Shown here: piece after piece, positions 36,584-47,201 of the stretch
Layout: each line of letters begins with the position of its first letter
How positions within the stretch are numbered: the stretch's first letter is position 1
DNA from: an uncultured archaeon
Lineage (GTDB): Archaea; Asgardarchaeota; Thorarchaeia; Thorarchaeales; Thorarchaeaceae
Assembly (NCBI GenBank): GCA_964590575.1
Contig: CAZPWM010000001.1
Coordinates: forward strand, 22,217 to 86,216
Direction of reading: 5' to 3'
DNA length: 64,000 bases
Translations under genes and position numbers: made by a program
The notes under the pieces: generated by a model
What the model saw: only the letters and a program-made list of their open reading frames with translations
Told to the model about the DNA's origin: nothing
The model's database searches: none

Positions 36584-39494
36584 ATGGCGGTGGGAGTTCC
36601 CACTCATCATCATCTGCTTTCTGTGTGTTGAGGTATCGTCGAGGTGGTTTTTGTCGACCTTGAATCCTGGTTAATATGACATATCCGAGGCCAATTCCAA
36701 CTACTCCCAAGAGTGAAAAGATAACTGTCAATACCAAGGCATCATCCGCCGCATAAACTGGAACTAGTATGGTTTTCGTAAAGATCCTCACATTCCCTGC
36801 TAAGTCGGTAGCTACAACTTGGATAGAAAAGAATCCTCCACTATTGAAAATAAAGGAAGTTGAAAATCTATAACCGAATTCCTCGAGGATAGCACCAGTC
36901 AGGTTCACTCCAGCTGGTCCAATAATACTCATTGAAACACTCTCAAGATCGTCGTCGAAAATGTATGCTGACACATTTGCTTCTTGACCAAACTCACCGA
37001 TGTTAAGTTTAACATCAAATATCCTTGGAGCATCTGGTATGATAATAGTAGCTAGATTTCTCAAGAGTCTAAGATTATCTGCACCTACACTGATTGCATC
37101 AAATAGAATATCATCATACAAAGTCGATCCGTCTGATATTGCGAAGACCTGTCCACGACCATATTCAGCTGTAGCAACAATGGCATGAGTCCTACCAGTA
37201 TCTTCCCAGAGCAGACCTCTCGCATTAGATATACTTGAGTTCACATGAAGTGTACTGCCTTGGACGACATAGAGGTTGTTCACACCATCCATTAATGGAT
37301 CATTCTCTACGTAGCCGCTGTAGTTGGCACCGTATACCAATCCATATCCTTCAAATCCAAATCCTATTGCCCTCCTTTCGCACTGGATGCCAAACGGTCC
37401 GAGAATCGCATTGTAATCATCGAAAGCAAATGATGCCTCTCCAGTAACCTGATTAAATGATTCTGAAAAAACAAGCAGTGTCCCTCCGTTCTCAACAAAC
37501 GCATGAATCGCTGTTATTTCACTCACAGAGTATGACGTTTCTGTGTCCATGATTGTGAACACATCTGCACCTGAAATTGTGCTCAAATCAATATAGCTTC
37601 TAGAGAAGTCTTCAGAATTGCCAAACTCTGACACTACCATTCCTTTCTCTCTAAGATATTCCGTAAAGTATCCATAGTATGAGGGGTCATCAATATCCCC
37701 GTCTGGGCCACTGGAATGATGCTCCATGTCCACCATCATTCTCCCGCCAAAAATTGTGACGGTGTATCTGATTTCAATTGATGCAACAACATCACTTCCT
37801 TGTGTCAAATTGAGATGACCTGTATATACTCCAGCAGCAGAAAGAGGTACGCCTTCAGGTATTACGAGTTCAACCTCGAAGTATGAATATCCTGTTGTTA
37901 CTATAAGCTCTTCAACATCTGTTTCGATAAATTGACTTGCATTCCCTGAGAGTGTGATGTTCACAAGACCTATTGATTGTGTCGAGATGACAGCAACATT
38001 TTGAGGGGGGCGATTATCGCCAACAATAAGGACCTGTGAGCTTCCTGGTAGGGTTGGAAGGCTCCGTGGTGTCATCAGAGTTATGTCTCGTGCTGAGCTA
38101 TCCAGAAGCTGAGATGCTTTAGATACATTTGCCAAACCCCACCCCTGACTCATCGGGTCATCTCCTAGATCTTGTGCTGTGCTCATCAGAGCTACCTTTG
38201 CCTCCACTGGTGTAAGAGCCGAATGCCTCTGTGTTAGTAGAGCAATCAATCCCGCAATCATCGGTGTTGAAGCAGAGGTTCCGGACCAACGAGTATAACT
38301 GGTGCCAAACTGACTACTGTTATAAGCTGGATATTCAAGAGCGTTGACATTGTTTCCTCTTCCTGAAACCACCTGATTTCCTGGTGCTACAACATCTGGT
38401 TTTGCAGTGTATCCTAGTGGATCTGAAGATGTTCGCAACACAGGGCCAACACTACTAAATGCTACAACACCAGTGTCACCAAATGAAGACCCAACTGTGA
38501 CTGCTTCCTCTGCTACCCCTGGAGAATTGATTGTAAATGCTGCTGGTCCTGAATTCCCAGCAGCAACAACAACAGAAATCCCGGCTGCAACTGCATTTTT
38601 AATCTCACTTATCGATGGTTCAACAATGTACAAGCTGTCGACCCATTCTCCTCCCAGACTGATGCTTATGACATCCACATTTTGTTCGATTGCAAACTCA
38701 ATACCTTGGGCTATTACATCATCCTCACCAGATCCTGAAGCATCAAGCACTTTAATCGCTAATAGATTTGCACCAGGAGCAATTCCCATAAGACTACCAT
38801 TGCTTGCAGTTCCATCGCCTACCGCATTCCATGCGCATGCTGTTCCATGTCCATTGTCATCATAAGCAACAATACCGTTTCCAGGATTCATATCATCTTG
38901 ACCATCAATCAAGTCCTTGAATCCAATCAAACGATTTTGAAGGTCCGGATGGCCACTCCAAACGCCACTGTCCAACACTGCGATTGTTGTACCTGTGCCA
39001 TTGTAACCCTCAGCCCACATCAGGTCTGCACTAAGAATTGAATCGAAGTGAACATATCCGTTCCCGTTTTCAGCTAGAACGTATTTCTCTTGAGGTATAA
39101 CTTCGTCAAGTAGCTGCCGTTCCTGATTCATCTTTATCGACTCCATGTTGGATACTTGAGAAAGAGCTTGGACTTCATCAACTCTGAGTGATAACGAAAC
39201 CATAGGAATCAAGTGAAATGCATATCTTATTTGGACACTGTCAATACCTGCTAAGCTTATTCTTTCTACCATCTCATCAGTGGATGTTCCTTCTGGGAAT
39301 TTCACTATGACTGAGATGCGACTGTCAGATTCCATCGTAGATAATGCTACAGCAATGTCGGAATCAACGAGAGCATTCTTGTGTTCTGTTTCTTCTGTTA
39401 CAGCTCCTGAATAAATGGCGATAGGTGTGAATAGGAGAGTCAGAAGTACGACAGCCACAAAACGTCGATAGTATAATTTGTGGATAGCTGGCAT
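36573..39494 (-). CDS. Membrane-anchored S8 subtilase with GIFT/GldG-like domain (site-1-protease-like architecture)
   Basis: VLDSG, HGTACA, AAGNSG, SGTSASTP; then DMEH...EITAIHAFVENGGTLLVFSE...GRGQVFAISD domain; C-terminal TM; start at 39494 or 39512. Confidence 0.88.
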   Translation of the reverse strand: MPAIHKLYYRRFVAVVLLTLLFTPIAIYSGAVTEETEHKNALVDSDIAVALSTMESDSRISVIVKFPEGTSTDEMVERISLAGIDSVQIRYAFHLIPMVSLSLRVDEVQALSQVSNMESIKMNQERQLLDEVIPQEKYVLAENGNGYVHFDSILSADLMWAEGYNGTGTTIAVLDSGVWSGHPDLQNRLIGFKDLIDGQDDMNPGNGIVAYDDNGHGTACAWNAVGDGTASNGSLMGIAPGANLLAIKVLDASGSGEDDVIAQGIEFAIEQNVDVISISLGGEWVDSLYIVEPSISEIKNAVAAGISVVVAAGNSGPAAFTINSPGVAEEAVTVGSSFGDTGVVAFSSVGPVLRTSSDPLGYTAKPDVVAPGNQVVSGRGNNVNALEYPAYNSSQFGTSYTRWSGTSASTPMIAGLIALLTQRHSALTPVEAKVALMSTAQDLGDDPMSQGWGLANVSKASQLLDSSARDITLMTPRSLPTLPGSSQVLIVGDNRPPQNVAVISTQSIGLVNITLSGNASQFIETDVEELIVTTGYSYFEVELVIPEGVPLSAAGVYTGHLNLTQGSDVVASIEIRYTVTIFGGRMMVDMEHHSSGPDGDIDDPSYYGYFTEYLREKGMVVSEFGNSEDFSRSYIDLSTISGADVFTIMDTETSYSVSEITAIHAFVENGGTLLVFSESFNQVTGEASFAFDDYNAILGPFGIQCERRAIGFGFEGYGLVYGANYSGYVENDPLMDGVNNLYVVQGSTLHVNSSISNARGLLWEDTGRTHAIVATAEYGRGQVFAISDGSTLYDDILFDAISVGADNLRLLRNLATIIIPDAPRIFDVKLNIGEFGQEANVSAYIFDDDLESVSMSIIGPAGVNLTGAILEEFGYRFSTSFIFNSGGFFSIQVVATDLAGNVRIFTKTILVPVYAADDALVLTVIFSLLGVVGIGLGYVILTRIQGRQKPPRRYLNTQKADDDEWELPPPSIE

Positions 39495-39682
39495 GTTCAA
39501 ATGTCCTTCCAATCGAACGACTTCTAGATGTAAGATAAGGCTTTTCTTGAGTGCTATCTTGCATTCAATACGCCAAACATCATAGCTCGGAAACTCCGAG
39601 AGATGTGAGTAAATTGGTTCGTGTCAATATTATAGTGTGGGTTGGATACTAAGTCCAACCACGAATGAGGTGTATTGACAAG

Positions 39683-39976
39683 ATGGGTGATAAACCACCG
39701 GTATATGAGCGACGCCTTCAGCTAAAGCACTTCTTTGAGGATCGTGAGACTAAAGATACACGGAGGACTCGGTTCGAGATTCAGGTAAGCATGCCCGAAC
39801 AGACCTCCGAGGGTTGGGTGAACGATGGTAAGGTACGACTCTCGATTGGCGAGGACCGAAACATAAAGGGTTCCTTCCTCCTTTCAATCGAAGAGGCAAC
39901 CAGATTTCTCAAAGCACTTGAAATTGCTGTAACTGATCACGAAGTTGAGAAGGCTGCTCTCTGGAAAGAAAAGTAA
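39683..39976 (+). CDS. Hypothetical small protein
   Basis: ATG at 39683 follows GAGGTG; beta strands plus a C-terminal amphipathic helix. Confidence 0.7.
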   Translation: MGDKPPVYERRLQLKHFFEDRETKDTRRTRFEIQVSMPEQTSEGWVNDGKVRLSIGEDRNIKGSFLLSIEEATRFLKALEIAVTDHEVEKAALWKEK

Positions 39977-40101
39977 CAGACTAGGGCTTTATCCGGGATT
40001 TTGTATAGTCGGACATGCCTTTCTATATTCGACAACAATACAAAGTTAATTTTTATCCTCCAAGAGGATTCAGGTTCTTGCGTCACACAGGAGGATTCTC
40101 A

Positions 40102-41193
40102 ATGTTTAGTCACTTACCATCTGTTGGATATGAGCTACTTGTTGATTTTCAAATTCCAATGGATGATATCGTCGCAGCGATACCATACGTCGTGCCACTA
40201 CTAGCACTTGCAATATTGTTGTTTCTTTATCAAAGACATTTACCACAGACCGAAATGAAACGTAATATCACGCTATGCATCGGAATCCTCGGTTTTGGTG
40301 CTGCAATGATTGCAATCATATATTCCACTTTCGGAACTTTGTTGGGTTTTGGATCTGCAAGCACTTTCGGGCATTTTCTACAACTCTTGACTGATATCTT
40401 CTTTGGATCTATATGGAGCTCACTTCTTTATTTTGCGGGTTTTATTGTGGTTCTCTCAATCATTGCCTACTATCTTATTTCACCACCTGATCCTGATCTT
40501 GTCGCATTACGCGAAGAGCTCAAGAGTTCAAAGAGTGAATCTAAGACTTCAAAGGATGAACTTCAGAAACTGGAGGCGGAGAACAAGAAGCTCACTGAAT
40601 TTGTTTCTGAAAAGGAGGATACTCTAACTGCTCTTGAAGGTGAACTTGAAGCCATCAAGGCTGAGATTGGTGAACGCGAAACATCAATTGCGCTGATGGA
40701 AGAGCAACTGAAGGTTGGTTCTACTACTGCACCTAGTCCGGATGAGAACCTTCTTGAAAAAATCAAGATGAAGGATGCACAAATTCAATCCCTAGAAAAT
40801 GAAATAGCTGATTTTCGTCTTGCAGCTGAAGGCTTACCACGACATCATGCACCAGCAGCTGATGACAATATTGTCATTGAGCTATCAAGCAAACTAAACG
40901 AGGCTCAGACAAAATGGGAAGACCTAAGCCGAAGAGCTGAAACCGCCTCTGAAGTTTCAGATAGTGTCATCTCAGATTTAGTTGAGTTAATCTCTCACGT
41001 AGAATCAAGCAATCAAAGTGATGGAGGCAAACAGGCATTGGTCACGTTGATTGAAAGTCTAGGTCGTTCTATGACTCGAGTAGCTAGAGAAATTGGCGAT
41101 TCCCATGGCGAAGAACCTAAGATTGAGATGATTGGGGCAATAATCATGGTGAATGAGATCGTAGACACTATCAAGAAGATGGTCAGGAAATAG
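40102..41193 (+). CDS. Membrane protein with a long cytoplasmic coiled coil
   Basis: About 3 TM helices followed by heptad-rich Glu/Lys segments; ATG at 40102 follows GGAGG. Confidence 0.75.
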   Translation: MFSHLPSVGYELLVDFQIPMDDIVAAIPYVVPLLALAILLFLYQRHLPQTEMKRNITLCIGILGFGAAMIAIIYSTFGTLLGFGSASTFGHFLQLLTDIFFGSIWSSLLYFAGFIVVLSIIAYYLISPPDPDLVALREELKSSKSESKTSKDELQKLEAENKKLTEFVSEKEDTLTALEGELEAIKAEIGERETSIALMEEQLKVGSTTAPSPDENLLEKIKMKDAQIQSLENEIADFRLAAEGLPRHHAPAADDNIVIELSSKLNEAQTKWEDLSRRAETASEVSDSVISDLVELISHVESSNQSDGGKQALVTLIESLGRSMTRVAREIGDSHGEEPKIEMIGAIIMVNEIVDTIKKMVRK

Positions 41194-41632
41194 TCCTCCT
41201 CCAGATTTCTCACTTCATCATCTTATATTTTCAATATGACATTGAAAGTTACATATTTTTGAAGATTGTTTCAAAAGGTGGTGTATCAGTATACACATTG
41301 ACATTTTCCAAGCTTCATATCCGTTTTTGTTCGAAAAAAAGGAATATCCGCCTTCTTTTTATTCTTTTGAACTTTCTCGGCTCGAGCATAGACCATTCGG
41401 GGAAAATGAATAGCACAAATTAGTACAAGTCTTGCGCAATCCTTAATAGAGGCAATCATGCTGTTCGTTCTTAATCACAAACCCTTGGAGAACGTGAATA
41501 GAGGAGAGAACTGAGCAATACTTGGTCAGTTTTGGAGGTTTTTGTACGTTTAGAGAGGATATTATCTTTGCGGAAATTGTGCTATCTAGACGGTCTGGTT
41601 CTCCATTGAAAAAGTGAGGAGATAAATATAAA

Positions 41633-44600
41633 ATGAATAACCTGAGAAAAACTGCGGTTTTACTTATTGTTGGTGTGTTCATATTTAGCATGGTACTTGT
41701 ACCTTTCACACCAATGGCCAATGTTGAATCCCAGGCAGCAGCTCCGACCAATTATCAAAAGGATTTCGTAGATAAGTGGGCTACACGCCTACAAGACGAG
41801 ATGCCGTCGGAGAAAATGGATTCGGTACTCGCATCCTATATCGAAACAGGTGTTTTGGATCAGAATGTTGTTACCACAAGAAGTGGTGACATCAAACTGG
41901 TTCTATACATGGAACCAACGTTCGATGCATCTATACTGGCAAATATTGCTAAAGTGAACTGGAAGTTAGATCTAAAGTTGGTTACCGTTGTATCAGTTGA
42001 TGTCAGCTCAGTTGAAGCTTTGAAACAGCTTAAGACTGTGGACAGTATTCAATATATTCAAGCTGATTATTTCCTAGAACCTGAACCGATTGTGGATCTG
42101 GCAAACGAAGTTGAGCCCTCAATGTTCGTAATCAATGATATGATTGGTGCCACCGGACCCTATGCTTCTGGATACAGCGGAACTGATGTTGTCGTGGGTG
42201 TCGTCGACTCTGGTGTCGACTTCAGTCAAGAAGACATGAGAAACGCTGAGTACAACAATGGTACCTATCCGATGTCTTACGACCCGTCAAGCATGGGTCT
42301 GACAGAGATGGTAATTGGAAACAGCACTGTCGTCACCAACACAACTGCTTGGCTCGAGGCTGGCAACCTTCTCACATATGAGATGGGTGGCAAATACTAC
42401 CTAAATGTCACTGGCTGGGATCCAGTCTGTAACATGGAAGGTAGTGCCAGACACCTAATGGGTCTTGCACCTCCATACGGAGATGGTTACCCATACGGTG
42501 CGGTTATCGGATTCGTCGGTCTATATGAGTGGGCTTGGGGTGGAAACAATATGTCCGAGTTCGTCTACAATGAGATGTGGAAGGACTGGGAGATTCCTGC
42601 TCCTGTTGCCGCTAACTACACATTCGGTTGGGCGTTCCAACAGAAGATTGATGGATATGCAAAGGTGTTTGCGCCTTCAATGGTCTACGATGGTGGTCTA
42701 GTCATTGACTGGAACGGAACACTTGGTTGGACTAGAATGTGGAATTGGGCCATTGCTTCCCAGAATCCTAACTATCCACAGTATCTGCCCACTGAGATTG
42801 ATCTCAACACGACTGTTGATAGAGATTTAATCAAAGGTATGATGGACTGGAGCTACGTCGATGACATAGCTGCAAGTTACGTCTTCAACAAAGATAAGAA
42901 CATCCTCATGGCTGATGTTGACGATGATGGTACAATTGACTGTGGCCTTGGCTCACTGAGCTGGGCATATGATGATCTTGGTTGGTTGACAGTTAACCCT
43001 GGCCTGTTCTTCGGTATCACCGATGATGGTATGGCATGGAACGCATTGTTCACAACTGACACAGACCATGGACACTGGACAGCTGCAACTATTGCATCTG
43101 CAGGCACCTACGGTCATGATGTATATGGTAACGGAACTCTCTATTACTTACCTGGAGTAGCTCCCGGCGCGAAAATAATTGCTTCTAAAGGAATTACATC
43201 GGGTGGTGATCTAGCAGCACAAGTCTGGGCTATGGGCTTCACCCTAAATGAAACCTCTGGCTACTGGGAATACATTGGAGATGGTCCGGAACACAGAGCA
43301 CACATGGTTTCCAACTCTTGGGGTTGGGGTCCTGGTGGTATGTACCTACAGCTGAGGATTTACTCAATGGTGTACGACCTAGCATCAGTTCCTGGTGTAT
43401 TGGCACCTTCCTATCCTGGAGTGCTCATGTTCTTCTCTGCCGGAAATGAAGGCACTGACTACGGTTCAATGGGTACACCTGGTGGTACATTCTCTGTGGT
43501 ATCAGTTGGTGCGACAATGGCTAACCACTTGTACGCAGATACCTACTATCCATACCAGCCTAACTATCAACAAGCATTCTTCACGGCGACCGGACCTGCC
43601 TACGCTGGCTTTGTTAAGCCTGATGTAATGGCGCCCGGTTTCTTCGGGTTCAGTCCAGAACCATCCGAGAATGATTGGCTTGATGCAGGCGATACGTTCC
43701 TATATTGGTCCGGAACAAGTCTGTCCTGTCCAATAGCTGCGGGCGTTACTGCACTCATTATGGATGCCTACAACGTCAATAATGCAATGATGCCATCCCC
43801 ACAAATGACAAAGAACATTCTCTTGTCATCTGCTACAGATATGGGTCTCGACCCATTGAACCAAGGTCATGGCTTTGTCAATGCTGAAGCTGCATGCGCT
43901 GCTATCGAAACTGGTGCTGTTGCCGAATATGTCTTCGAAACAGCAAGCTTCAAGAACTACGGCGAGCAGATTGCAGACTCATGGGCATACTGGGTTGCTG
44001 ACTGGTCTCCATTCGGCGACATCTACTACAACGACACTGCTATCCCAGCCCTGCTAGATCCTGCAGGTCTTGAGTCAAGCAGTCTATTCTTCGGTACTGT
44101 CGTTCGTGGAGAGACTAAGGAAGTCACAATGTCCATTGTGGACTATGCAGGAACTGGTGCAGTTCTTACTGACTTCGATACTGTCCAACCATGGTACTAC
44201 ACTGAAGCCAGTAAGCTAGAGTTCTCACTCACAGGCTACAAGTACAATGACACAAACTTCGATCCCTACATCCTAAGAGATGGATACTTCAATCTCTTTG
44301 ACAACATGACTGGCCCTGAGCAAACCGCCTTCTTAGACGCCAACTACGCGACAATCCAGATTGCGTTTGATGCGGCTGATACCGGTATCTCTGCTCGTCT
44401 GTTTGATTGGAGTGACACATCTGGTGGGACAGAATTGAACTTCTGGAACACTAGCACAAGTACAGGCGACTATCTTGTCTATGTCCACAGGTGCAATGGA
44501 CCGAACCTCCTGACCATGCGTGTCGGGAGTGCAGGAACATTGGCTGACCTCTTCAACTACAACCCAACACTGATACTGTTTGGTGCAGATGGAGTCACAG

Positions 44601-46498
44601 TGGATGTTACCATCCAAGTCTGGGGTAAGACAACCACAACTGAAGTTGATTTAGCAGACTTTGCTGCAGGTGTGGTCAATGCAACACTGACCGTTCCTGG
44701 CAATGCGGAATACGGAGTTCATCAGGGTTCAATCACCTTCACTGATGGAGCATGGACTCACGAGATTCCATACTCATACACAGTCGAGATGGATCTGACT
44801 GGCGCTGAGGGTGCTGTAATGACCCTCGTCGATGGAGCTGGTCCTGAAGTGACCCCATACGATACTGGAACAGCGATAACCTACTTCACTCCTGGTACAA
44901 CTAGTACTCAGGAAGGTGGTGGTTTCACAACGTTCCACATCGACATTCCGTACAACATTGCAATCAATGCATCAGTTCTCGTTATGAGGGCTGAGTGGAT
45001 GAACGCAGGAACAGTCGTAGACATGGCTCTGAGGACTGAAACCGGTGCAGGCATCACTGCTACAGATTCTGGTGGTCTACCATTCGATCCACATCCAACA
45101 GGTGCCCTGACTAATACTATAATCTGGCAGCCTGGTGGTCTGATCAATGGAACCTACTGGTTTGAGTACAACATTCATGTGTTTGATGGTGCAACCGTAC
45201 CGGAACCCATCACAATCACATTCCAGTTGTATGGACCTACCTCTCTACAACCTGGTGACCCAGGCTTCACTTGGACCGCACTCGATCACGTCTCACCGAC
45301 AACGATCAATCCAGATGATGTGCTAACAGGTGACCACGTCGTGATTGAGAGCTCTTGGAGCATTCCAGTAGTGGCTGGTCTACCTGAGTATTCGACTATA
45401 ACTCAAACGAGGATCTCATTTCTGCAGGGACTCTATAAGGAAATTGACGGAATCTATGCAGATCCCCAAGGATACGATGCATGGCCCGTTCCGTTGCCGA
45501 ATATTGGTACCTACAACTGGGAAACCGTTGATGGAATCAAAGCAGAGGATGTCGTTCACGTATCCATAGACTCACAAAATGCTGCTGATCCAGCAATTCA
45601 GGTCTATCCCTGGGATGACATCAACCTCGATGGCGAGGTTGATTACGAGGACGAGCTTGGTACTAAGCTAATAGACCAAGACCAAGGTACAACTGGAAAC
45701 GGTGAGAGTGGTGTCTTCACGGCTGCCGAAGATATGAGCATTGCTATTCTTGTGTTTAACTTCGCATATGTATACCAACCTGGTGTGCATTACACACTCA
45801 TAGTTGACTCACAAGTTGCATTAGACATTGACAGCGAACCAGGCACTCTTGAATACACCTCGTATGAGACATACGACTTCCTGAGGAACGTCACATTCTC
45901 CGTCAAACTGTATTGTTGGACAGAGACTGATGTTGCTTGGGTACTCAATTACGGTTCATTGAGGTTCGAGAACTTCTTTGCACCAGTCGTCACTGTAAAC
46001 GCAGCTGTTGACCTGGGTAACGATATGTGGAACTTCACATGGACTGCATCCGATGCCAACATGTACGATTCGTTGTACTATAGCATATGGCTCAGCTCAG
46101 ATGGTGGAAACACGTTCCAGTTAGTGAGCCAGAATCTGACGGAGACGTTCTATGTGTGGGATTCAGACGGATTCCTAATCGATGACTACATGTACAAAGT
46201 TAAGGTCTACGACTGTGACCACACATATCTCGTTGGTGGTGTTCCACTAGGTACAGCCGATACGCCGCCTTCGTCATACTGGCCAGGTCTGTCAAGTGAT
46301 TCCATTAGCGCTTCGTTCAACGCTGGAAATGTTCCGCCAATCACGACAACCACAACGACAACGACTACTACAACTACAACTACTACAACTACAACTGTAG
46401 TACCCCCGCCATTCGATCCCTTGTTGATTGGACTGCTGGGTGGAATCGGTGTTGGTGTAGTGGTTCTGCTGATACTCTTCCTGATCAGGAAGAAGTAA
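41633..46498 (+). CDS. Large pyrolysin-like S8 protease with Thr linker and C-terminal anchor
   Basis: VVDSGVD, DHGHWTA, SAGNEG, SGTSLSCP; long Asp-His insertion; poly-Thr, TM, RKK. Confidence 0.9.
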   Translation: MNNLRKTAVLLIVGVFIFSMVLVPFTPMANVESQAAAPTNYQKDFVDKWATRLQDEMPSEKMDSVLASYIETGVLDQNVVTTRSGDIKLVLYMEPTFDASILANIAKVNWKLDLKLVTVVSVDVSSVEALKQLKTVDSIQYIQADYFLEPEPIVDLANEVEPSMFVINDMIGATGPYASGYSGTDVVVGVVDSGVDFSQEDMRNAEYNNGTYPMSYDPSSMGLTEMVIGNSTVVTNTTAWLEAGNLLTYEMGGKYYLNVTGWDPVCNMEGSARHLMGLAPPYGDGYPYGAVIGFVGLYEWAWGGNNMSEFVYNEMWKDWEIPAPVAANYTFGWAFQQKIDGYAKVFAPSMVYDGGLVIDWNGTLGWTRMWNWAIASQNPNYPQYLPTEIDLNTTVDRDLIKGMMDWSYVDDIAASYVFNKDKNILMADVDDDGTIDCGLGSLSWAYDDLGWLTVNPGLFFGITDDGMAWNALFTTDTDHGHWTAATIASAGTYGHDVYGNGTLYYLPGVAPGAKIIASKGITSGGDLAAQVWAMGFTLNETSGYWEYIGDGPEHRAHMVSNSWGWGPGGMYLQLRIYSMVYDLASVPGVLAPSYPGVLMFFSAGNEGTDYGSMGTPGGTFSVVSVGATMANHLYADTYYPYQPNYQQAFFTATGPAYAGFVKPDVMAPGFFGFSPEPSENDWLDAGDTFLYWSGTSLSCPIAAGVTALIMDAYNVNNAMMPSPQMTKNILLSSATDMGLDPLNQGHGFVNAEAACAAIETGAVAEYVFETASFKNYGEQIADSWAYWVADWSPFGDIYYNDTAIPALLDPAGLESSSLFFGTVVRGETKEVTMSIVDYAGTGAVLTDFDTVQPWYYTEASKLEFSLTGYKYNDTNFDPYILRDGYFNLFDNMTGPEQTAFLDANYATIQIAFDAADTGISARLFDWSDTSGGTELNFWNTSTSTGDYLVYVHRCNGPNLLTMRVGSAGTLADLFNYNPTLILFGADGVTVDVTIQVWGKTTTTEVDLADFAAGVVNATLTVPGNAEYGVHQGSITFTDGAWTHEIPYSYTVEMDLTGAEGAVMTLVDGAGPEVTPYDTGTAITYFTPGTTSTQEGGGFTTFHIDIPYNIAINASVLVMRAEWMNAGTVVDMALRTETGAGITATDSGGLPFDPHPTGALTNTIIWQPGGLINGTYWFEYNIHVFDGATVPEPITITFQLYGPTSLQPGDPGFTWTALDHVSPTTINPDDVLTGDHVVIESSWSIPVVAGLPEYSTITQTRISFLQGLYKEIDGIYADPQGYDAWPVPLPNIGTYNWETVDGIKAEDVVHVSIDSQNAADPAIQVYPWDDINLDGEVDYEDELGTKLIDQDQGTTGNGESGVFTAAEDMSIAILVFNFAYVYQPGVHYTLIVDSQVALDIDSEPGTLEYTSYETYDFLRNVTFSVKLYCWTETDVAWVLNYGSLRFENFFAPVVTVNAAVDLGNDMWNFTWTASDANMYDSLYYSIWLSSDGGNTFQLVSQNLTETFYVWDSDGFLIDDYMYKVKVYDCDHTYLVGGVPLGTADTPPSSYWPGLSSDSISASFNAGNVPPITTTTTTTTTTTTTTTTTTVVPPPFDPLLIGLLGGIGVGVVVLLILFLIRKK
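46342..46396 (+). repeat. ACN repeat encoding the poly-Thr linker
   Basis: Run of Thr codons just before the TM anchor. Confidence 0.85.
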
Positions 46499-46532
46499 GC
46501 ACGTAGGATCGTTACAAATAGTTTAACGGAAT

Positions 46533-46567
46533 ATGGGGGCTTTGCCCCCATCCCCCTTTTCTTTTTT
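46533..46567 (+). terminator. GC-rich hairpin with pyrimidine/T tract after the large S8 gene
   Basis: ATGGGGGC-TTT-GCCCCCAT followed by CCCCCTTTTCTTTTTT. Confidence 0.65.
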
Positions 46568-46667
46568 CATCCTTTGAATCTGCATGACAAGTCAGAGACC
46601 GTACGATCTGTATTCCTACTCACACCTGAAAATGATAGTGCATTGTGTTGAAGAATATGGACCTAGG

Positions 46668-47201
46668 TTATTCGAATTGTTCCCTTACAACAATATCTGG
46701 GATTCTCTTTCGTGGTCGCATAGGTGGAAGTTTCCCATCGATTTTACCAACTGGTATCATTGCCACTGGTCTCATATCCACTGGAATATTGAGTGTCTTT
46801 GAAACTGCATCCTCATCGAAAGCACCTACCCAGCAGGCGCCATAACCGTGAAGATGTGCGCCATACAAGATGTTTAAAGATAGTGCCGCAGTATCTTGAA
46901 GTGTATACAATGTTCTTCCACGCTCCTGGTATCTCTCTGCTGATTCTTCTGGAACTGCGCAAACGACATAGATTACTGGAGCGTCAGCAATGAACTTTTG
47001 GTTGAATGCTGCGTCAGCAAGTTGATTTTTCAACTCCATATTCGTTACGATGATGATTCTCCATGGCTGACAATTTCCACCGCTCGGAGCGCTGATTCCT
47101 GTCTTTACGATGTCATCGATTATTGAATCCGGAATTGACTCACTGGTAAATTTCCTGATTGACTGTCGGGACCTTATCTTTTCTATACAATCAATACTCA
47201 A
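46668..47201 (-). CDS. Nitroreductase family protein
   Basis: RQSIRKF, APSGGNCQPW, GACWVGAF. Confidence 0.92.
   Translation of the reverse strand: MSIDCIEKIRSRQSIRKFTSESIPDSIIDDIVKTGISAPSGGNCQPWRIIIVTNMELKNQLADAAFNQKFIADAPVIYVVCAVPEESAERYQERGRTLYTLQDTAALSLNILYGAHLHGYGACWVGAFDEDAVSKTLNIPVDMRPVAMIPVGKIDGKLPPMRPRKRIPDIVVREQFE

Noticed and set aside
41194-41632. tRNA or ncRNA in the long intergenic region
   Set aside because: AT-rich; no cloverleaf, T-loop consensus or stable stems recognised
46207-46551. Poly-Val minus-strand ORF
   Set aside because: Antisense of the poly-Thr linker
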